Source: an uncultured Acidimicrobiia bacterium
Lineage (GTDB): Bacteria > Actinomycetota > Acidimicrobiia > Spongiisociales > UBA5794
Direction: 5' to 3'
Assembly: GCA_963714055.1 (NCBI GenBank)
Contig: OY970227.1
Coordinates: forward strand, 499,079-563,078
DNA: 64,000 bases
The notes beneath the pieces were generated by a model that saw only the letters and a list, made by a program, of their open reading frames with translations, made no database searches and was not told the DNA's origin. How positions within the stretch are numbered: position 1 is the first letter of the stretch; each line of letters starts with the position of its first letter. The translations under genes were made by a program, and so were the position numbers. Shown here in pieces: positions 41,855 to 52,248 of the stretch.

Positions 41855-41895
41855 TGACACATCCGGTACATGTGGTACATTCGATCTGTATCGAA
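41855..41895 (+). promoter_or_regulatory. candidate promoter/operator of the ArsR-type regulator: TTGACA-like hexamer plus TTCGAT-CTGT-ATCGAA palindrome
   Basis: An unusually AT-rich segment immediately upstream of the 41916 start. It has a TTGACAC -35-like box at 41855, a TACATT -10-like box, and a 6-4-6 inverted repeat overlapping the -10/TSS. Confidence 0.3.
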
Positions 41896-41915
41896 CGATC
41901 GAACCGGAGCAACCG

Positions 41916-43008
41916 ATGACCACCGACCCCAGGGTTCGTGACTTCACCGACCACAGCAGGCGTCTACCGGTAACGGTGGTCGCCTCGCCGGTGTTCGAGT
42001 TCCTCCTCGGGCTGTTCCTGTACCAGTCCCGATCGGGCAAGGAGGCGATCGCCGACGACATCGATCCGAGCTTCTTCGAACACTTCGACACCCACGCATC
42101 CGACGAAGTCCGTGAGATCCTGGCCCGGATCACCGACTGCGGCGAGGTGTGGCTGGCCCTCCTCGGGGTGGCCCACGCCGCCCCGCCGCCGGCCACCATC
42201 GACGGCTTCCTCGACCACGTCGCCGCCTTCGACCCGGTCGAGCTGCGCAAGCGGGTGCTCTCCAACGCCGGGATCAACGCCTGGCATGGCTACGACCCGG
42301 CAGCTGGTCGACGCCGCCGCCGGCGGCGATCCCGACGCCATCGAGCGGGTGATGGTGGGCAAGGCCGCTCCCCTCACCAGGGTCATCAAGCTCGGACCGG
42401 CGGAGAGCAGGGACGATCTGGTTTCGCTGATGCGGCGCATCTACGACGAGGTTCCCTTCGACGAGGAGGCGGTGATGCCGGCGCTGCGCCGCGACGCCGC
42501 CGCCAACCGCCGGTTGATCGAGGGCATGGCGGCCAGCGAGGCGGTGGAGACGGTGACCGGCGGCGTCACCTTCGCCATGCAGCCGGGCATCACCGGGGTG
42601 GTGCTGATCCCCTCGCTGGTGGTCCGGCCGTGGGTCATGATCTCCGAGCACGACGGGCTGCGCTTCTTCGCCTACCCGGTGGCCGAGGAGCACCTCAACG
42701 CCGACCCGGCGGCACCCTCGCACCGGCTGCTGGACATGGCCAAGGCCATCGGCGACGAGCGCCGGCTGCGGATCCTCTACCTGCTCAACGAAGGGCCGCT
42801 GACGCTGAAGGAGCTCGCCGACAAGCTGGCGCTGGCCAAGTCGACGACCCACCACCACCTCCGGACCCTGCGCACCGCCGGGCTGGTGAGGGTGGTGGTC
42901 GACGGCGACGAGATGCTCCACGAGGTGCGGGGCAACGCCGTCGCCGAGCTCGGCACCGCCTTGGAGAACTACGTGACCGGCACCGAGGGCGGCGCCGATG
43001 ACCTCTGA
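41916..43008 (+). CDS. ArsR-family HTH transcriptional regulator with N-terminal domain of unknown function; apparent frameshift (~42295)
   Basis: C-terminal RLRILYLLNEGPLTLKELADKLALAKSTTHHHLRTLRTAGLV is the ArsR wHTH. The N-terminal 125 aa are in the adjacent frame. Confidence 0.6.
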
Positions 43009-43214
43009 GACCACCCGAATGAACACGACCGAACCGAACAGACCACGAACAGCCTCCTCCGGAGGCACCAAGGAAAGGACAGGCTGATGCAGACAATGCA
43101 CGCCTACACATCGATGGTGATGGCTGCCGACGCGCACGCCGCCGAGCTGCACGAGCTGGGTCGCTCCCACACCGGGTTGCGCCACGCCCTGCGCCCGGCC
43201 CGCACCCACAAGCG

Positions 43215-44481
43215 CTACGCGGTGACCGATTCCGATCGATCCAGCCCCACCGAGACCTGACGGTCCGGCGGCAGATCAGACCGGGTAGCGGGTTGCGGCC
43301 CGCTATCCGGTCGACCATACCGAGGGCGCCGATTCGACCCCGCCCAGGCGATCGGCGCCCTCCCCGCGCCCGGACCTCGGCGGAGCAACGCGAAAGAGGC
43401 CGCCACGTGGGGGAATGTCGCAGTGGGCGACGGCGTGTTGGCCCAAGCACTAGCCGGAGCCGAAGGCGTCACCGAACCGGTCGTCGCTCTCGGGTTGACT
43501 GTGGATCCCGTCGGTGTGCTGGGACCACAAGTCGTCGCCGGTGATGGTGAGCCCCGAGCCTGACCCGTAGATGACGTTGACGGAACCGGCGTTGGTGTGG
43601 CCGACCACGTCCCCTGGGCGCAGTCGGATAGGTGCAGCGTGGCGACGTTGTTGGAGATGTGGTTGTCAGGTTGTGCTTGGGAGGCACAGCGGAAGCACAA
43701 GTCACCCGCAGACGACTAACGAACAACGGAAGGCGTTGTGCCGCAAGGGTCTTACGCCCGATCGATCTGGGCGTCGATGGTCGGGTCGGCGAGCGGAGCG
43801 AACACGTTGTAGTAGGTCATCGCGTAGATCGGCACATCCGGCGCAGCAGCGTGCAGCTCAGCCAAGATCACCGCCAAATGAGCGGCCATCGCTGCTGTTC
43901 GGCGTCGCATCCCGAAGGCTCGAACACGCAGAACACTGGTTGCCCTTCGGCGTCGATGTGCTGCAGGTCGTTGGCCCCGATGTCGATGGTCACCAGGGCG
44001 ATCTTGCCGGGGTGTTTTTCGAGGAACTTGACCGCTGGGCGTCGATCCCATTGTCGCCGTCCAACGGTGCCCGATCGCCAGGTCGGGGTACCCGTCGCCA
44101 TCGAAGTCGGCGGCGGCCCGGCTCGACCGAACTCGCTGAATCCGGGCTCAGGCGTACCCCGGACCCCGTCGCTTGCCTGGGACCACAAGTCGTCACCAGT
44201 GGCGGTGAGACCGGTTGCAGACCCATAGATGACGTTCACTGCGCCGACGTCCTGGTAGCCGCCGACGTCCTCGCCCGGTGCGCCGACCGCCAGGTCGGTG
44301 AACCCGTCACCGTTGAAGTCGGCGAAGGCTTCGACACTCGACCCGGGATCGCCTGGGCGTACGCCCCCGGCGCCACACCAGCGACGGACGCCGCCACGAT
44401 CAACACGACTGTTGCCAACCGGACGAACCTTGTACGAGCCAACGCACTCTGGCGGGATCGAGGCTGGAGCACATTCTCCAT
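43215..44481 (-). pseudogene. mosaic of gene remnants: FG-GAP repeat fragments (two), SGNH/GDSL hydrolase fragment, LuxR-HTH C-terminal fragment, secreted-protein signal peptide; >=5 frame changes
   Basis: Signal peptide MENVLQPRS...VAGVAPGAYAQA at 44481. FG-GAP units appear in shifting frames (FADFNGDGFTDLAVGAPGED...VNVIYGSATGLTATGDDLWSQ, DFDGDGYPDLAIG, NVIYGSGSGLTITGDDLWSQ). An SGNH block III (GKIALVTIDIGANDL) and a C-terminus (VPIYAMTYYNVFAPLADP) are present. A LuxR HTH fragment (NHISNNVATLHLSD) lies at ~43640. Confidence 0.55.
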
Positions 44482-44587
44482 GCAGGTCACGGGTTGTCGA
44501 CCTCCACCAGGGTGTACCCCAGCGGGCCGTCGGCGTCGGAGTGCCTGACGACTCCGATGTTCAACCCCTGTTCCGCGCCGGCCCAGC

Positions 44588-47300
44588 TCAGCTCGACGGT
44601 GCCGGTTTCGCCGGTCTGCGCCGAGTCGGGTGCGCTGTCGATGGTGAGGTTGCCTCCCGACGTCGCCGGGACGATCCAGGTGGACAGGTCGTAGGCGGCT
44701 TCGCCGTCGATGCGTGTCCCACCCGTGGACGTACACGGTCCACACTCCAGGCACCGGATCGAAGATGGTCACTTCCTCGTCGGTGCCGGCGTTGAAGCTG
44801 GCGCCCCGGAAGACTCCGGCGGGGTCGACGCACGTACACGTCGAGGTCGGTCCCGGGATCGGCGGCTTCGGGTGGGATGGCGAGGTGGAACAACGCCGTC
44901 TCGGCCGCAAGGTCGAACTCATGGATGGTGCTGTACCCGTCGTCGGGGTCGAAGCCTTGGTCAGGGTCCTGCACGACGGTGTCGGAGATGACCGTTGCCG
45001 TCCCCAGGCCGTACGCGGCGGCGGTGTATTCGCCGGTGTACCCGAAACGCACCTCGAAGGATGCGCTGCCGTCGGTGCCCGAGCCGGCGACCTCGGTCGG
45101 GGCGTCGAACAGGAGGGTGTTGACGGCGATCGGGCTGTACACCTCGTAGCGGCCGGCGATCCAGGTCAACGACCCGGTGCTCCACTCGCCGGGGTTGCCG
45201 GTCCCGTCGTTGGTGACGGTCACCTCGTAGGTGACCGAGTCACCCGGGTCGACCGTGAACGAGCTCGGTGCCACATCGACGTCGAATCCGGCCGGGGCGT
45301 CGATCGAGACCCGGTAGGTGGCCCGCCGCCCGAGGTTGGTGACGGTACGCGCCACGGTCTCGGTGTCGACGAGCTCGGCGATGCCGATCGACGGATAGTT
45401 GAGGTTGCTCGGATCGGTGGGGTAACCCAGCGTCTCGAGCTCGGCGCAGGTGGCCGCCGGGTCGGCGAACACTTCGGGGCCTTCGGTGCACAGGAACCCG
45501 AGGTAGTCGTTGAACCCGGCGTCGTACACCAGCCCGGGCTGGAACATCGAACCCGGGATCGAAGGCATACCGGGGTCGACGTGCCCCGACCCGGTGGCGA
45601 ACGGTCCGGCCGGGGTGACCCGGTCGTTGTCGACCACGTCGTGGCGCGCCGTGGTCATCACCGCGGAACGGGCCGCCGCCGGGCTCCAGTCGGGGTGCCG
45701 TTGCTTGAGCAGGGCGTACACCCCGGCGATGTGCGGCGTCGACATCGAAGTGCCCGGCGATCGCCTGGAACATCTCGCCGGCCCCGGCATAGGGAGAGTG
45801 AGCCGCCAGGATCTGGATGCCCGGTGCGGTGATGTCCGGCTTGATGATGTCGGGTGCTTCGAGATTCGGGCCGCGAGACGAGAACCTGGTGATCGACGGT
45901 GCCGAAGGCCACGACGTGGTGGTGTTCTGCACCACCAGTCGCGCCGTCGGGTCCGCGGCAGTCGCGATGTACTCCTTGATGGCGAGTCCCGGCGTGTGGT
46001 CGACGTGCACCCCAGGCACCGAGTGGCTGTCGGTGAACAGGTTGCCGTCGTCGGTCGTGTCATAGATGATGATCCCGACCCCCCCGGCCTCGAGCACCGC
46101 CTGGCTCCACTCGCATCGACAGCCGATCCCGCGGCGGCACAGCACGATCGCCCCCCCGACCACGTCCGGATCGAGCGGACCCGCTGTGCAGTCTTCGCTG
46201 CCGGCGTCAGCCGAGTCGACGAGTGGGGAGGTTGCCAACCCCCTGGGTGAGCGAGGCGCCCAGGTAGGTCTCCCCGTTGCCGAGGACGATCCGACCAGGG
46301 AAGAACCGGCGCTGGGTGCTCGCCGCCACCGTGGTGAGCCACGGCATCGTTCCGCCGACGGTGCCAGGCCAGTCTGCCTTCGTTGCCTGGCGAAGCGGCA
46401 ATGAACACGCCGGCGTCGGCGGCGAACAGGAAGGCGATGCTCTCGACGCCGGTCAGGTTGCCGGAACCGATCGAGTAGTTGATGACGTCGACACCGTCGC
46501 CAACCGCGGTGTCGATGGCCACCGCCAGGTCGGAACTGAAGGACATACCGAAGTCCCCGCCGGCCGTCTTGTAGGCGATGATGTGCGCTCGGGGGGCGAT
46601 GCCGCTGACCGTGCCCAGGTCACGGCCCAAGACCTCCGCGGGGACGCTTCGGTTGCCGGCCGCCGTGCTCGCCGTGTGCGAGCCGTGGCCGTCGTGATCG
46701 CGAGCCGAATCGAACTCGACATCCTCGATCCCGATGACGGCCTCATAGGTCGCCATGACCTGACGAGCGCCCAGCAGCTTGTCGTTGCACTCGAACGCGA
46801 CGTCGGCCGGGTTGTGAGCCGTGTTGCCGAACTCGCACGGGATGTCCGGGTTGACCCCGGCGGGGTAGGTGTAGGAGCCGTCGTCGGCGAAGCTCGGATG
46901 CTCGGGCCAGATCCCTGAGTCGATGACGCCCACCACGACACCGCGACCGTCGATGCCGCGACCCCACGCCTCGCCTCGACCGTCGAGGCCGAGAAGTCGG
47001 GGCTGGAGTCGGTCGTCAGGTAGCGCTCGACATCGGGCACCACCCGCGCCACTCCGGGCTGGGCAGCCAGGGCCACCGCCTCGTCGTGCGACGCCACGAC
47101 GGCGAACCCGTTGACCACATTGGTCAGATCCGAGACCCTGGCGCCCTCCGCCACTCCCGGCGTCGTCATCACCTGGCGATGGCTGGCGCGGATCCGTCCC
47201 GGTCGGCACGGGCCCATTGCCGTCCGCAGGCCTTCTTGCGCGGACGCTGGAGGTTCATCGGTCCCTCCACGATCAGGAGACGGTGAATTCGTGGCGCATG
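44588..47300 (-). pseudogene. subtilisin-like serine protease (S8) with I9 propeptide, PA domain and C-terminal beta domain; >=4 frameshifts
   Basis: Asp region GVVVGVIDSGIWPEHPSF, His region HGSHTAST, PA insert and Ser region GTSMSTPHIAGVYALLKQRHPDW. These segments and the I9 propeptide fall in at least four different frames. Confidence 0.65.
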
Positions 47301-48110
47301 CCGAGCACCATGTGTGGGGTGCCGTCGGCGTTGGGCATGAAGCAGACCAGTGCGTAGTTGCCGGGTTCGACGTCGAAGGTGACCGCTTCCTCGTCACCCC
47401 CGGGAGCGGCGAGGTTGGTCGCCCACTCCCTGTCGACGGTGCCCTCTTCGCCGTCGGCCTGTATCGCCTCGTCGAGCGTCACGCCCGCGGCGAGCTTGAC
47501 GACGACCATCTCGTGGGTCTCGTCGCCGTCGTTGGTGAGCACGAACGAGGTGCGGCCGGTGGCGACGTCACCGATGTGGAAGGCGTAGTCGGTGGCGCTC
47601 ACGTCGACGCGGACGGCGTCCTGCTCGATCTCGCGGGTCGAGCCCTCGGGCAGCGCGGCCTCCTCGGAGTGGGGGATCCCGCAGGTCTCCTCTTCGAAGG
47701 CGTCGATTTCGGCGATGGCGGCTTCGATGTCGTCGTCGGCGAGGACCTTGAAGGACTCGACGAGATCGCCTCCGCTGGTGATCAGCGGCTTCGGTGACCT
47801 CGTTCACCGCGTCGGCGATCGGCTCGGGGGCGAGCTGTTGGTAGCGCTCCAGTTGCTCGACGCTCGGGAACCCCTCCAGCTCGAACAGCTCGGTCACCAG
47901 CGCACACAGCTCGCCGCTCGCTTCCGCTGCACCACCCGTCGTCGACGCGGGCGTGGCGACCGTTGTCCCGGCGGCAGTCTCGGCTGTCGCGCCATCGGGG
48001 GCCGTGGTCACCGGTGCCCCCGCGGCCGCCGACTCGGTGTCGTCGCCCCCGCAGCCGGCGAGCGCCACCACGAGCGCCGCAGCGACCGCAATCGATAGTC
48101 TCCTGTGCAT
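47273..48110 (-). CDS. lipoprotein with C-terminal cupredoxin (type-1 copper) domain; apparent frameshift (~47800)
   Basis: Lipobox LVVALAGCGG. The C-terminal domain carries a Cys-His-Met copper site (YALVCFMPNADGTPHMVLGM). The linker lies in the adjacent frame. Confidence 0.55.
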
Positions 48111-48124
48111 CTCCGTGTCCTTTC

Positions 48125-48230
48125 GGCCGTGGTAACTCGACCTGTCCGGAGCTTGCCCCACGCCTCTTCCCGCTGTCACGGGGTGGGGCTCTCGTCTGCG
48201 TCGGGAAGCGACCCGGGATTCAGCCCGGCC
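48125..48230 (-). promoter_or_regulatory. conserved ~80-nt nested-palindrome 5' leader element, copy A (upstream of the cupredoxin lipoprotein gene)
   Basis: ~88% identical over ~75 nt to 52100-52200. The RNA sense reads CUUCCCGA.GCAGACG...GCCCCACCCCGUGACAGCGGGAAGAGGCGUGGGGCAAGCUCCGGACAGGUCGAG. It contains a 7-bp stem CUUCCCG/CGGGAAG and GCCCCAC/GUGGGGC, which could pair as a pseudoknot. It ends ~15-25 nt before the RBS. Confidence 0.45.
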
Positions 48231-48908
48231 TCAGGGTTGGCCGGGGCGTTGACCCAATCCGGCCTGGCGGGCGGCGACGATGGCGTGGGCTCGGTCGGAC
48301 AGGTGCAGCTTGGCGAAGATGTTGGAGATGTGGTTGCTCACCGTCTTGCCCGAGATGTAGAGACGGGAGGCGATGGCGGCGTTGTCGTGCCCGGTGGCGA
48401 TGAGGTCGAGGACCTCGCGTTCGCGGTCGGTGAGCTCGGGGAAAGGGCTCACCGACATCCCCTTGCCGTCGGCGTGCTGGAAGAAGACGGTGAGCCGGCG
48501 GGCGATGGCCGGCCCGAACAGCGCCTCTCCGGCGGCCACGGCCCGGATGGTGCGCAACACCTCGGCGGTGTCGGCGCCCTTGAGGATGTAGCCGTGGGCG
48601 CCGGCGCACATGGCGGCGAACAGGGAGTCGTCGTCCTCGAGCATGGTGAGCATCACGACCTCGACGTCAGGGTGGTCGGCGCGGACCCGGCGGGTGGCCT
48701 CGATGCCGTTCATGTCCGTCATCTGGATGTCCATCAGGACCACGTCGGGCGCCGTCTCCGCGATCCGGGCCAGTGCCTCGGCCCCGGTCCCGGCCTCGCC
48801 CACCACCTCGGTGTCATCGGCGGCGGTCAGCAACGCGGTCAGTCCTTCGCGAAACAGCGTGTGATCGTCGACCACCAGCACGCGCAGCGGACGGGTCCGC
48901 TCAGCCAT
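48231..48908 (-). CDS. LuxR/NarL-family response regulator
   Basis: Start MAERTRPLRVLVVDDH. REC plus LuxR HTH (LTDREREVLDLIATGHDNAAIASRLYISGKTVSNHISNIFAKL). Confidence 0.85.
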   Translation of the reverse strand: MAERTRPLRVLVVDDHTLFREGLTALLTAADDTEVVGEAGTGAEALARIAETAPDVVLMDIQMTDMNGIEATRRVRADHPDVEVVMLTMLEDDDSLFAAMCAGAHGYILKGADTAEVLRTIRAVAAGEALFGPAIARRLTVFFQHADGKGMSVSPFPELTDREREVLDLIATGHDNAAIASRLYISGKTVSNHISNIFAKLHLSDRAHAIVAARQAGLGQRPGQP

Positions 48909-51106
48909 GCGGCACCTCGACCGCACTCGGGACCGGGCGGTCCGGTGGCGCCGGCTCCAGGCCCGTAGCACTCTCGACCGCTGCCCGACCGGGAAGGGTC
49001 GCCATGGGGAGGGTGGCGGAGACTTCGGTGCCGGCGCCGTCCAGGCGGGATACCCGGAGGGTTCCACCAAGCTCCTCGGCTCGTTCCCGCATCGATGTCA
49101 TGCCGACACCCGGCTGGGTGACGGCGCGGACACCGACACCGTCGTCGACGATCCGAATGAGCAATGCGCCATCGGCCAACTCCAGCGAGATCCTGCAGAT
49201 CGACGCACCGGCGTGGCGCGCCACGTTGGTGACGGCCTCGCGGGCGATGCGGTAGGCGGCTACCTCCACGGCGGCGGGGAGATCGCCCAGCGGGTCCGGA
49301 TGAGTGGTCACCTCCACTCGCAGGTCGTTCGAGCGGTCGAGCTGCCCGCCGTGCGCCGCCAGGGCTCCCACCAGGCCGAGCTCGTCCAGGGCGGGTGGTC
49401 GCAGCTCGTACACCAACCGGCGGATGTCTGCCACCAGCTCCTGGTTCTGCCGCTTGAGCGACGTCACCAGCTGGGCGACGTCAGGTCGATTGTCGGCGAG
49501 CAGGGCGAGCACGGCGTCGAGCCGGAAGGTCTGGCTGGCCAGTGACGGGCCGAGACCGTCGTGCAGGTCGCGGCGTAGTCGCCGCCGTTCCTCCTCGCGG
49601 GCCAGCACGAGCTGTTCGCGGGATCGCTGCAGCGCCTGGGTGAGCCGCATCGCATGGGCCAGGCCGCCGGCCTGGTGGGCCACGTCGTCGAGGAGGCGGC
49701 GATCGTCGGCGTGGAGGCCCTCGTGGGCGGATCGTGGGGCCACCACCAATCGGCCGACCAGTTCCCCTTGGTGACGTAGCTCGATCGTCTCCACGTTGTC
49801 ACCGAGATGGCCTACGAAGGCCCGGGTCTCCCAGGTCCCGTCTTGCTCCAGCTCGAACGCCACCCCGGGCAGCTTGAGCGCCTCGGCGACGGTCTGGACC
49901 AGGCTGTGGAGCGTGGCGTCCGGTTCGCCGGACTGCGCCAGCAGGCGACCCAGCTCCGACAGCACCGCATAGGGGTCGTCGCGCCGACCGAACATCACCC
50001 GGTTCACCACCCTCTGCACCCGGTTGCGCACCGGGTTGAACGCCACCGCCACGATGGCGGCGGCCAGCAGCGACAGGCCCAGGTTCCCGCCGGTGGGCAC
50101 CAGGGCGCCGACACCCACCACCACCGCGACGTAGGCCGCCGCCACCAGGGCGGTCATGGTCCCGTAGACGACGGTGCGGTTGATCACCAGGTCGACGTCG
50201 TAGAGCCGGTAGCGCAGCACGCCGAGGCCCAGAGCGATCACCAGGAAGAGACCGGAGGCAGACGTGAGGGCATCGAGGGGGGCGGTCAACCCGAGGTCGA
50301 CGCCCTCCCCCTCCACCAGGACGGTGTCGACCAGTACCAGGGCCTCGAGAAAGGCCACCAGGCCGAAGGCGTAGAGCACCCACTTGAGACGCTGGCGAAG
50401 ATCGGTGCCGGAGGTGCGCCACCGCGTGATCAAGCTACCGACCCCGACCACCACCGACGCCATCATCACCAGCAACCAGACGGTGTTGACGACTTCCTCA
50501 GGCACCGGCAGGATCCCGGTCGGGTTGGACGGTGGCGAAGCCACCTCCAGGAACCGGTTGGTCAAGGGCCGCTCGGCTCAGCATGAAGGCGGTGATGAGG
50601 ACCACCCACGCCCAAGCCACCACCGGTACCGCCCGGCGCCACCGGCCCACAGAATGCCCGTCGGGGAACAGAGCCGGGAGCAACAACAGGGCGAATACGA
50701 AGGTGATCATCCACAGGTCCTGCACCCACTCGGCCACACGACCGAACGGAAGACCCGGAGCCACGTACCAGGCGTACTCGGCGTACATGCCGGCCAGCTC
50801 GATGACGCTGATCAGCACGCCGGCCGCCAGCATCAACCACCCGTAACGCTGCGGACGGCCTCGCAGCACCACGACGCCACCCAGCATGGTCAAGAAGAGG
50901 AGGGTGAGCGAGGGGACGCGGTCGCTGGGGAAGAACGCGGGACCGACACCGGGCACGGCGGCGGCGCGAAGTCCCGACATCAAGGCCCATGCGCCGATCG
51001 CGCACCCCGCCGCCACCGCTGACGCCGCGGCCACGATGAGCCAGTGCCAACGTCGCAAGGCCGGTGATGGCCCCGATAGTGGGGACGCGGCCGCCATCAC
51101 CGTCAC
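48901..51106 (-). CDS. multi-TM sensor histidine kinase (HisKA_3/HATPase_c, GAF-like region) with apparent frameshift (~50530)
   Basis: H-box LRRDLHDGLGPSLAS and the ATPase motifs IVDDGVGV...GVGMTSMRERA are present. An additional N-terminal multi-TM module (50498-51106) lies in the adjacent frame. Confidence 0.7.
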
Positions 51107-51130
51107 CTCCTCCGCGACGCTCCACGAACC

Positions 51131-52087
51131 CTACGCAGCGCCGGCTGCGGGCGGCGGTAGCAATCGGTCATGCCACCGGCTCGACGTGACCAGCTGCCAT
51201 GAGGGGGGACCCGGCTGGAGTTTCGCGCCGGGACCGACCGACGGTGGCCACGGCGAAGGCCGCGCCCCAGAGGATCGCCGCCGCCGCCCAGAAGGTCGAC
51301 GCCGCCGACGCCACGTCGGGGTACACCAGGGAGTGCAGTCCGTACTCGATGGATCCCGAGCGCGGCGATCCAGGCGGGCAGACGCCACCCGGGATGGTCG
51401 CTCGACCCGAGCAGCCCGCACCAAAGGACGACCACTGCCAGCAGGGCTGCGGTGGCCCAGTGCTCCATCCCGGCGTGGGGGTCGCCGGCGGCGTTGCGCC
51501 ATTGCAGCAACGCGTGGTCGACGGCGAACACCAGCCAGGGAACCGCCGCTAAGCCCACCAGAGCACCCATCGTGACGATCCGTCCTGGGGCACCGGACGA
51601 GGTCCTGCGCCCGGGGGTGGAGCAGCGCCAGGAGCAGCACCGGCACCAGCAGCGTGACCTCCTCCACCAGCCACTCACCCAGGGTCCCGCTCAATCCATA
51701 GACGACGGCACCCGCCACGACGATGCCGACCGCCTGCAGCATCGGCGCCACCCGTCGCTCCGGCTTGCGCAGCTGCACCACGACGCCCAGGACAAGTGCC
51801 CAGGCGATGATGCCGGCGATGTTCATGTGGCCGCGGTGGATCTCGTCGGCGGCGGGCAGGTCGTCGATGAGCGACATCAACGTTTCCCAGGGCAGCCACA
51901 TGAACACCACTTCCGTGACGGCGAAGATCATGAAGATCGACACCAGCAGGGAGGTCAGCACCGCCAGCACGCGGAAGGCGATCCGCCGCGCCCGAGAGCC
52001 ACCCTCTTCCGGGACCTCCCCCGCCTCGATGGGGGTGCGGCTCGCCGAAGCTCCCCCGAGCGCCTCTACGTCCCTGGTGTTGGTCAT
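51131..52087 (-). CDS. hypothetical polytopic membrane protein (first gene of the LuxR two-component operon), frame-disrupted near its 3' half
   Basis: Start MTNTRDVEAL with a GGAGGAA RBS, preceded directly by leader copy B. TM segments appear in two frames (FRVLAVLTSLLVSIFMIFAV..., ...LVGLAAVPWLVFAV...). Confidence 0.45.
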   Translation of the reverse strand: MTNTRDVEALGGASASRTPIEAGEVPEEGGSRARRIAFRVLAVLTSLLVSIFMIFAVTEVVFMWLPWETLMSLIDDLPAADEIHRGHMNIAGIIAWALVLGVVVQLRKPERRVAPMLQAVGIVVAGAVVYGLSGTLGEWLVEEVTLLVPVLLLALLHPRAQDLVRCPRTDRHDGCSGGLSGGSLAGVRRRPRVAAMAQRRRRPPRRDGALGHRSPAGSGRPLVRAARVERPSRVASARLDRRARDPSSTDCTPWCTPTWRRRRRPSGRRRRSSGARPSPWPPSVGPGAKLQPGPPSWQLVTSSRWHDRLLPPPAAGAA

Positions 52088-52099
52088 AGCCGTTCCTCC

Positions 52100-52200
52100 G
52101 GATCTCGACCTGGCCGGAGCTTGCCCCACCCCTCTTCCCGTTGTCACGGGGCAGGGCCCCCGTCTGCCTCGGGAAGAGACCAGGAAGAGCCGGACTCCGG
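52100..52200 (-). promoter_or_regulatory. conserved nested-palindrome 5' leader element, copy B
   Basis: See copy A. The same CUUCCCG...CGGGAAG / GCCC..CCCCGUGACA / GUGGGGCAAGCUCCGG..CAGGUCGAG architecture ends ~12 nt before the RBS of the 52087 gene. Confidence 0.45.
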
Positions 52201-52248
52201 TGACGCTTCGGCGAATCCAGGCTGTGAATCCAGGGAGAGGTCGTCGCG

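Noticed and set aside
43450-44300. Diversity-generating retroelement acting on the near-duplicate FG-GAP repeat DNA (43.50 vs 44.15 kb).
   Set aside because: The differences between the two repeats are not adenine-specific, no reverse transcriptase or Avd gene is present, and the surrounding region is frame-scrambled junk.
48125-48230. The conserved leader as a simple duplicated sigma70 promoter.
   Set aside because: A GTGACA hexamer is present, but there is no TANNNT -10 at 16-19 nt spacing in either copy. Conservation extends to within ~15 nt of the RBS, well inside the transcribed leader.
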